Positions 57,844 through 64,000 of a stretch of 64,000 nt of DNA are shown here, piece by piece (position 1 is the first letter of the stretch; each line of letters begins with the position of its first letter). The notes below the pieces were generated by a model that did no database searches, was not told the origin of the DNA, and saw only the letters and a list, made by a program, of their open reading frames with translations. The translations under genes were made by a program, and so were the position numbers. This stretch comes from Pseudomonadota bacterium (lineage in GTDB: Bacteria > Bdellovibrionota_B > Oligoflexia > Oligoflexales > CAIYRB01). The stretch spans positions 1-64,000 of the forward strand of contig JANOTL010000169.1 in assembly GCA_031416315.1 (NCBI GenBank), written 5' to 3'.

Positions 57844-59652
57844 TTATTTATCTCGGTCGGCGGCGACCGGGACCAGGGCGAATCGCACCACGTCCACGAG
57901 GCCGCGGTCGGAGATTTTGAGGCTCGGGATCACCGGGAGGGCCAGGAAGGACAGTTGCAGAAAGGGCTCCTCCAAAGTGCAGCCAATCGAAGTAGCCAGC
58001 GCTTTCAGCCGGTGCAGGGCTTCCGTCACGACGGCGGGGTCCGCGTCGGTCATCAGGCCGCCGATCGGCAGCGGCAGGCGCTCGACTGCGCCCGAGACGT
58101 CGCCCTCGACGACGACGATGCCGCCGTCGATGGCGAGCAGCTCGTTCACGGCGCGTGCCATCGCCGCCTCTGACGAGCCGACGACGATGACGTTATGCGA
58201 GTCGTGGTTGATGCTGGTCGCGATGGCGCCACGCTTCAGGCCGAAGCCCTGGACGAAGGCGGTGGCGCGGCGGCCGGTGCCGTGATGGCGTTCCAGGACC
58301 GCAATTTTCAGGACGTCCGCCGCCAAATCCGCCTGGAAGGCGCCGATGGCGACGGGGAGCTCCACGACCAGGGGTTGCGTCAGGATCTGGCGGGGGATGA
58401 CGCCGATCACGCGCGCGGGGGCGCGGTAGCGGGCGGTGCCGTCGAAGACCGTGAAATCTTCGGGGGTGACGGGGGCGAGATGGAGGTTCCGGGCGGCGCG
58501 GCCGCCGCGTTCGGCGCCGGTCCGCGCTTCGGCCACGGCCTGCAACTGCGCCGCGTCCACTAGGCGTCCGCTCTTCAGAACGCTCTCGACCGCAAGCCCG
58601 GACCGCCAGTCCTTGCCGTCTTTTGGCCGCACCAGGACCAGGTCCGCTTTGAACCCGGGCGCGACCGCGCCGCGGTCCTCGAGCCCGTAAATCCTGGCCG
58701 GGGCGAAGCTCGCGGCGCGGAAACAGTCCTCCGGACGGATGCCGGCGCGCAGCGCTTTGTCGATGATGCAGCTGATGTGGCCCTCGGCCGCGATGTCGGC
58801 CGGGTTGCGGTCGTCGCTGCAGTACGACAGAACGGCGGACGAATAGGCGTCGAGAAGCGGTAGCAGCTCGTCCGCGTCTTTCGCGCAGGAGCCCTCACGG
58901 ATCAAGACGTGGATCCCCTTCGTCAGCTTCTCGCGGGCCTCGGCGATCGAGGTCGACTCGTGGCAACTGTGGATGCCGGCAACGCCGTAGGCGTTCAGAT
59001 CCTTGCCGGTAAGCCCGGGACAATGCCCATCGCGGCGCAGGCCCTCGAAGTCGACGAGCTTTTGCATCACGTCCGGGTCGCCGCCAAGGAGCCCGGGGAA
59101 GTTCATCATCTCCGCCAGGCCGAGGACGCGCGGATGGTCGCGGAAGGGCCGTAAGGCCTCGGCCCCTAGCTCGGCCCCGCTGGTCTCCAGCGCCGCCGCC
59201 GGCGAGGTCGAGGGGACGCAGCTCGGCACCATCACGAACACGTCGAGGTCGAGCCCTTCGGAGCTCTCCAGGGCCCATTGGATGCCTTCGGCGCCGCGGA
59301 CGTTGGCGATTTCGTGCGGATCCCATACGATGGCGGTGGTGCCGTGCGGCAGGACCGCCTGCTGGAAGCGCACCGGCGTCATCAAGCTGGACTCGACGTG
59401 CACGTGCGCATCGATGAAGCCGGGCACTAGGTAGGCGCCCTTGGCATCCAAGGTCTTCACGCCCTCGTAGGGGTCGAGGACGCCGACGATCAGGCCGTCA
59501 TGGACGGCGACGTCACCGTCGCGGAAGGCGCCGGCGAAGACGTCGAGGAAGCGCGCGTTGCGGATGACGAGGTCCGGCAAGGTCCGCCCGCGCGCCGCGT
59601 CGATAGAGCGCTTCAGCCGGTCGGTCCCACCGTGGGCGGCCTTCGTCCTCAT
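57844..59652 (-). CDS. ade: Adenine deaminase
   Basis: PGFIDAHVHVESS, DPHEIANV, AEMMNFPG, DGHCP, IREGS, HDSHN, SFLALPVIP. Confidence 0.95.
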   Translation of the reverse strand: MRTKAAHGGTDRLKRSIDAARGRTLPDLVIRNARFLDVFAGAFRDGDVAVHDGLIVGVLDPYEGVKTLDAKGAYLVPGFIDAHVHVESSLMTPVRFQQAVLPHGTTAIVWDPHEIANVRGAEGIQWALESSEGLDLDVFVMVPSCVPSTSPAAALETSGAELGAEALRPFRDHPRVLGLAEMMNFPGLLGGDPDVMQKLVDFEGLRRDGHCPGLTGKDLNAYGVAGIHSCHESTSIAEAREKLTKGIHVLIREGSCAKDADELLPLLDAYSSAVLSYCSDDRNPADIAAEGHISCIIDKALRAGIRPEDCFRAASFAPARIYGLEDRGAVAPGFKADLVLVRPKDGKDWRSGLAVESVLKSGRLVDAAQLQAVAEARTGAERGGRAARNLHLAPVTPEDFTVFDGTARYRAPARVIGVIPRQILTQPLVVELPVAIGAFQADLAADVLKIAVLERHHGTGRRATAFVQGFGLKRGAIATSINHDSHNVIVVGSSEAAMARAVNELLAIDGGIVVVEGDVSGAVERLPLPIGGLMTDADPAVVTEALHRLKALATSIGCTLEEPFLQLSFLALPVIPSLKISDRGLVDVVRFALVPVAADRDK

Positions 59653-59716
59653 CTCTCGTTTCCTCCCGCGTGATCATGCACTAATATGTCCGTCCGCTCC
59701 AACGAGGTCCAGAGAC

Positions 59717-61255
59717 ATGTCCAAGCAGCAGCAGCAAGCGCCCAAGGAAAAAACCGCCATCACCCCGACCCGGGAGCAAGACTACCCGGAATGGTATCAG
59801 CAGGTGATCAAGGCCGCCGACATGGCCGAGAACTCGCCGGTGCGCGGCTGCATGGTGATCAAGCCGTGGGGCTACGGCATGTGGGAGAACATCCAGCGGT
59901 CGCTCGACAGGATGTTCAAGGACACCGGCCACGTGAACGCCTATTTCCCGCTCCTCATCCCGCTCTCCTTCTTAGAGAAGGAGGCCGAGCACGTCGAGGG
60001 CTTCGCCAAAGAGTGCGCGGTCGTCACCCACCACCGGCTCGAGCCGAACGGCAAGGGCGGCCTACGCCCGGCGGGCGAGCTCGACGAGCCGCTGATCATC
60101 CGCCCGACCTCGGAGACGATCATCGGCGCGAGCTACGCCAAATGGGTCCAGAGCTACCGCGACCTGCCGATCCTCATCAATCAATGGGCGAACGTCATGC
60201 GTTGGGAGATGCGGACGCGCCTCTTCCTGCGCACGGCGGAGTTCCTCTGGCAGGAAGGGCACACGGCCCACGCGACGGATGGCGAGGCGATGGTCGAGAC
60301 GCGCAAAATGCTCGACGTCTACGCCGACTTCGCCGAGAACTTCATGGCCATGCCGGTGATCAAAGGCGAGAAGACGCCGGACGAGCGCTTCCCGGGCGCG
60401 GTCAACACCTTCGCCATCGAGGCGATGATGCAGGACCGGAAGGCGCTGCAGGCGGGCACCTCGCACTTTCTCGGCCAGAACTTCGCCAAAGCGTCGGGGA
60501 TCAAGTTCCTGGACCAGGCAGGCGTCGAGCAGACCGCGTGGACGACCTCGTGGGGCGTGTCGACGCGGCTCATCGGCGGCCTGATCATGACGCACGCGGA
60601 CGACGACGGCATGGTGATCCCGCCGCGTCTCGCGCCCCAGCACGTGATCATCATCCCGATCTACCGGACCGACGAGGAGAAGGCGCAGGTCCTCCCCTTC
60701 TGCGAGGCCATCAAGAAAGAGCTCCTGGCGACGCCTTACAACTCCGGGCGCATTGAATGCGGCATCGACGACCGCGACATCCGCGGCGGCGAGAAGACCT
60801 GGCAGCACATCAAAAAAGGTGTGCCGATCCGCCTCGAGGTGGGCCCGCGCGACGTCGCCGCCGGCACCGTCTTCATGGGCCGCAGGGATCTTCCCGCGAA
60901 AGAAAAGAAGGGCGTGCCGCGCGACGAGTTCGTGCAGACGGCCGTCTCGATCCTGGACTCGATGCAGCAGGCGCTCTTCGACCGTGCGCTCAAGCACCGC
61001 GAGGCGAACACGGTGAAGATCGACAAGTGGGACGACTTCGTCGCCTACTTCACGCCGAAGAATGAAGGCAAGCCCGAGGCGCACGGCGGCTTCGCGCTCT
61101 GCCATTGGAGCGGCGGCCCCGACGTGCTCGAGAAGCTGAAGGACCTCAAGGTCACGGCGCGCTGCATCCCGCTCGACGGTCCCGAGGAGAAGGGTACCTG
61201 CCTCTTCTCCGGCCGCCCGAGCACGAAGCGCGTCATCTTCGCGAAGTCCTACTGA
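59717..61255 (+). CDS. proS: Proline--tRNA ligase (archaeal/eukaryotic-type family)
   Basis: EKEAEHVEGFAKE, RPTSET, RWEMRTRLFLRTAEFLWQEGH, QAGTSH, SWGVSTR, C-terminal FAKSY. Confidence 0.97.
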   Translation: MSKQQQQAPKEKTAITPTREQDYPEWYQQVIKAADMAENSPVRGCMVIKPWGYGMWENIQRSLDRMFKDTGHVNAYFPLLIPLSFLEKEAEHVEGFAKECAVVTHHRLEPNGKGGLRPAGELDEPLIIRPTSETIIGASYAKWVQSYRDLPILINQWANVMRWEMRTRLFLRTAEFLWQEGHTAHATDGEAMVETRKMLDVYADFAENFMAMPVIKGEKTPDERFPGAVNTFAIEAMMQDRKALQAGTSHFLGQNFAKASGIKFLDQAGVEQTAWTTSWGVSTRLIGGLIMTHADDDGMVIPPRLAPQHVIIIPIYRTDEEKAQVLPFCEAIKKELLATPYNSGRIECGIDDRDIRGGEKTWQHIKKGVPIRLEVGPRDVAAGTVFMGRRDLPAKEKKGVPRDEFVQTAVSILDSMQQALFDRALKHREANTVKIDKWDDFVAYFTPKNEGKPEAHGGFALCHWSGGPDVLEKLKDLKVTARCIPLDGPEEKGTCLFSGRPSTKRVIFAKSY

Positions 61256-61997
61256 CGACGACGGCGCAGGCCGTCGAGAGCAAAACGAGCAGGGCCGACA
61301 GCGCATAGAGCTCTCTCCCGAGTCCGAAGCGGATCCGGGAGTAGAGCTTCATCGGCAGCGTGTCGCCGCCGACGCCGGCCGTGAAGAAGCTGATCAGAAA
61401 ATCGTCGAAGGACAGCGTAAAGGCCATCAACGCGCCGGCGAGAATCCCGGGCAGGACGAGCGGCAGGAGAACGCGGCGGAACACGGCGAAACGGCCGGCG
61501 CCGAGGTCTCTTGCGGCGTCGATCAGCGCCGGATCCAGGCCGCGCAGGCTCGCGCGTACGGCGACCAGGACGTAGGACACGGAGAACGTGACGTGCGCGA
61601 GCACGATCGAATGCATGCCGAGCGTCATCCGCAAGGTCGCGAACCAGATCAAAGAAGCGATGCCCAAAACGAGCTCCGGCATCGCCAGCGGCAGGAGGCT
61701 CAGGACGTCGAGGATGCGGCGCCCGGGGAAGTGGCCGCGCTCGAGCGCGATGGCCCCCGAAGTCCCGAGAACCGTGGCGACGGCGCTCGCGAGCGCGGCG
61801 ATGACGAGACTCCGCTCCAGGGCTTCGAGCATCTGCGAGTCCTGCAAAAGCTTCGCGTACCATTCCAGCGTGAAACCCGTCTCGCGCGAGGCGAACGAGA
61901 GCGAGACGACGGTCAGGATCGGCGCATAAAGCAAGAGATAGGCGACCGCCGAGAGCGCGATGACGACCGAGCGCGAGCGTCTCGAGGCTCTACCCAC
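61233..61997 (-). CDS. potC: Polyamine ABC transporter permease
   Basis: LYAPI, AARDLGA, AFTLSFDDF, TLPMKLYS. Confidence 0.88.
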   Translation of the reverse strand: MGRASRRSRSVVIALSAVAYLLLYAPILTVVSLSFASRETGFTLEWYAKLLQDSQMLEALERSLVIAALASAVATVLGTSGAIALERGHFPGRRILDVLSLLPLAMPELVLGIASLIWFATLRMTLGMHSIVLAHVTFSVSYVLVAVRASLRGLDPALIDAARDLGAGRFAVFRRVLLPLVLPGILAGALMAFTLSFDDFLISFFTAGVGGDTLPMKLYSRIRFGLGRELYALSALLVLLSTACAVVVSRTSRR

Positions 61998-62814
61998 GGC
62001 TCGCCTCAGCCCGCTCGAGACGCTTTTGGCCCATGAAGCAGAAGGTCATCGTCACGACGAGGAGCATGACGAGGGCCGCGCCGAAAGGCCAGTCGCGCGC
62101 CTTTAGAAACTGCTCGGTGACGAGGTTGCCAAGAAGCATCGTGCGCGCGCCGCCCAAAAGGTCGGGTATCAGGAACTCGCCCAGGGCCGGCACGAAGACG
62201 AGGAGCGCGCCGGAGACGATGCCGACGCGGATCCCCGGGAGGATCACCCGCCACAGCGCCAGTCGGTCGGATGCCCCGAGATCCTTTGCAGCCTCCACCA
62301 GAGTAAAGTCGAAGCGCTCGAGCGCCACGTAGAGCGGCAGCACCATGAACGGCAGGTAGTTGGTGAGCATGCCGAGCCAGACGGCGCCGGCGGAATCCGA
62401 GTAGCTGACGCCGCCGGCGAGCGCTGCGACCGGCCCCTCGATCCCGAGCAGCACCTTGATCGCGTATGCGCGCACGACGAAGTTCGAGAGAAAGGGGGTC
62501 ATCAGCAAAGTCATCAACGGCGTCCGCCAACGTGCCGGCGCGCGGGCCAGGGCCAGCGCCAGGGGCAAGCCCAGGACGAAGACCGCCGCCGTGACGGAAA
62601 CGGCCATTTGCGCGCTCTTCCAGAAGATCCCGAGGTAAAGAGGGTCGAAGACCCGGGCGTAGTTGCCGAGCTGGAAGGAGACCTCGACCTGACCGTACGC
62701 GCCGCGGCGGAAGAAGCTGTAAGCGAAGACGACGGCGAGCGGAGCGGCGAGGAAGACGAGGAGCCAGAGGGAAAGGGGGACGGCAAGCCAGGCTCCGCGC
62801 GACCGCCCGCTCAC
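61990..62814 (-). CDS. potB: Polyamine ABC transporter permease
   Basis: YLPFMVLPLY, EAAKDLGA, FVPALGEF..PDLLGG, RDWPFGAA; GTG start overlaps the potA stop. Confidence 0.88.
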   Translation of the reverse strand: MSGRSRGAWLAVPLSLWLLVFLAAPLAVVFAYSFFRRGAYGQVEVSFQLGNYARVFDPLYLGIFWKSAQMAVSVTAAVFVLGLPLALALARAPARWRTPLMTLLMTPFLSNFVVRAYAIKVLLGIEGPVAALAGGVSYSDSAGAVWLGMLTNYLPFMVLPLYVALERFDFTLVEAAKDLGASDRLALWRVILPGIRVGIVSGALLVFVPALGEFLIPDLLGGARTMLLGNLVTEQFLKARDWPFGAALVMLLVVTMTFCFMGQKRLERAEASRG

Positions 62815-63890
62815 GCGCCCCTCGGCACGAGGCGCGCGTCGCGCGCCGCGAAAGCGAGGGTGACGGCGGCGCCCGGGACCGCCACGCTCCGATCGCAGCG
62901 CACGACGACCGCCGGCATGCCGGCCACGACCGGGGCGCACAGGAGCTCGTACTCGGCGCCCTTGAACAAAACATCGGTCAGTTTACCCTGGAAGACGAGG
63001 TCCCCGGGCTCGGGGACGAGCCGGAGGTGCTCGGGCCGCAGCACGACCTGCACGGCCGTTCCCGCCGGGAACTGCGCCGGCACCCTGGTCGGCACCTCCA
63101 GCACGCCGAGCGCCCCGCAGTCGACGGCTACCGTTTCTGGCGCAGACCCCGCCCCGCGCGAAGTCCCTGAAAAGGCGTTGGCGGTGCCGATGAAGCCCGC
63201 GACGAAGCTCGTCTCCGGCCACGAGTACACGGTCTCCGGCGCGCCGACCTGCTCGATCCGCCCGGCGTTCATCACGCAGATGCGGTCGGCGAGCGTCAGC
63301 GCTTCCTCTTGATCGTGCGTCACGAGGATGAAGGTGATGCCGAGCCGCCGTTGCAGGCGCTTCAACTCGACTTGCATCTTTTGCCGCAACTTCAGGTCCA
63401 GGGCCGCGAGCGGCTCGTCGAGGAGCAGGACGCGCGGCTGCATCACTAAGGCCCGCGCGATCGCGACCCTTTGCTGCTGCCCACCTGAGAGGCTCGAGAC
63501 CTTGCGCTTCTCGAAGCCGGAAAGCTCGACCAGCTCGAGCGCCTCGCTCGCCCGTCGGTGAATCTCCGCGCGCGCGAGCTTCTTCAGCTCGAGCCCGAAA
63601 GAGACGTTGCCGAGGACGTCGAGATGCGGAAAGAGCGCGTAGCGTTGGAAGATCATGTTACAGGCGCGGCGGTTCGGCGGCTCGTGGTCGATGCGGACGC
63701 CGCCGAGGCGGATCTCTCCCGCGTCGGGCGACTCGAAGCCTCCGAGAAGGCGAAGAAGCGTGGTCTTGCCGCAGCCGCTCGGGCCGAGCAGCGCCCACAG
63801 CTCGCCCTCGCCGATCGCCAGGTCCAAGGCCTCGACGGCGAAGAGACCTCCAAAGGACTTGCTGAGCCCGCAGATTTCGAGCATGGACAT
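62811..63890 (-). CDS. potA: Polyamine ABC transporter ATP-binding protein
   Basis: GPSGCGKT, LSGGQQQRVA, LLLDEP, VTHDQEEAL, TOBE-like C-terminus. Confidence 0.92.
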   Translation of the reverse strand: MSMLEICGLSKSFGGLFAVEALDLAIGEGELWALLGPSGCGKTTLLRLLGGFESPDAGEIRLGGVRIDHEPPNRRACNMIFQRYALFPHLDVLGNVSFGLELKKLARAEIHRRASEALELVELSGFEKRKVSSLSGGQQQRVAIARALVMQPRVLLLDEPLAALDLKLRQKMQVELKRLQRRLGITFILVTHDQEEALTLADRICVMNAGRIEQVGAPETVYSWPETSFVAGFIGTANAFSGTSRGAGSAPETVAVDCGALGVLEVPTRVPAQFPAGTAVQVVLRPEHLRLVPEPGDLVFQGKLTDVLFKGAEYELLCAPVVAGMPAVVVRCDRSVAVPGAAVTLAFAARDARLVPRGA

Positions 63891-63927
63891 AGGAGTCAGA
63901 TTCTACTGCAATCATGCGAGGCCGATC

Positions 63928-64000
63928 ATGTATTTCCGTCGCCGTTCGCTTTTCGCCGCCGCCTGCGCCTGCCTCGCCCTCGGCGGCTTCGCCTGCACCA
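63928..64000 (+). CDS. Start of a divergent lipoprotein (truncated; possibly the polyamine-binding protein)
   Basis: MYFRRRSLFAAACACLALGGFAC signal/lipobox at the window edge. Confidence 0.45.
   Translation, partial: MYFRRRSLFAAACACLALGGFACT

Noticed and set aside
59717..61255. Archaeal/eukaryotic-type ProRS as evidence of recent horizontal transfer
   Set aside because: This ProRS type is common in many bacterial phyla, and codon usage matches the host.

Overview
High-GC, gene-dense chromosomal window with no phage, integrase, transposase, rRNA or CRISPR array. The gene content (many orphan lipoproteins, GYF_2-PilZ, DUF1501/cytochrome modules, MYXO-CTERM-like tail) suggests Bdellovibrionota/Oligoflexia or a related deltaproteobacterial lineage; this is inference. 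Housekeeping genes: peptide ABC transporter, serB, recJ, cbpA-like DnaJ, rpsA, rsmB, tRNA-Arg(TCT), ade, proS, potABC. Main points of interest: (1) two paralogous lipoproteins (5702-8488, 23284-24111) share a domain resembling the non-catalytic N-terminal domain of anthrax lethal factor (ATLF/LFn), one standalone and one fused to a long helical cargo. They belong to a set of lipoproteins that share a post-lipobox motif, G-L-x-L linkers and a 4-Cys repeat. (2) Two paralogous operons encode a lipoprotein, a diheme c protein and a Tat-exported DUF1501-like protein; one is bracketed by two predicted beta-barrels. (3) A split 2-aminophenol meta-cleavage (amn) gene set. (4) A contracted CxCH heme motif. 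(5) An unannotated lapA-like gene with an in-frame TAG, and an unannotated 26-aa lipopeptide ORF. All family assignments come from motif recognition by eye; no searches were run.
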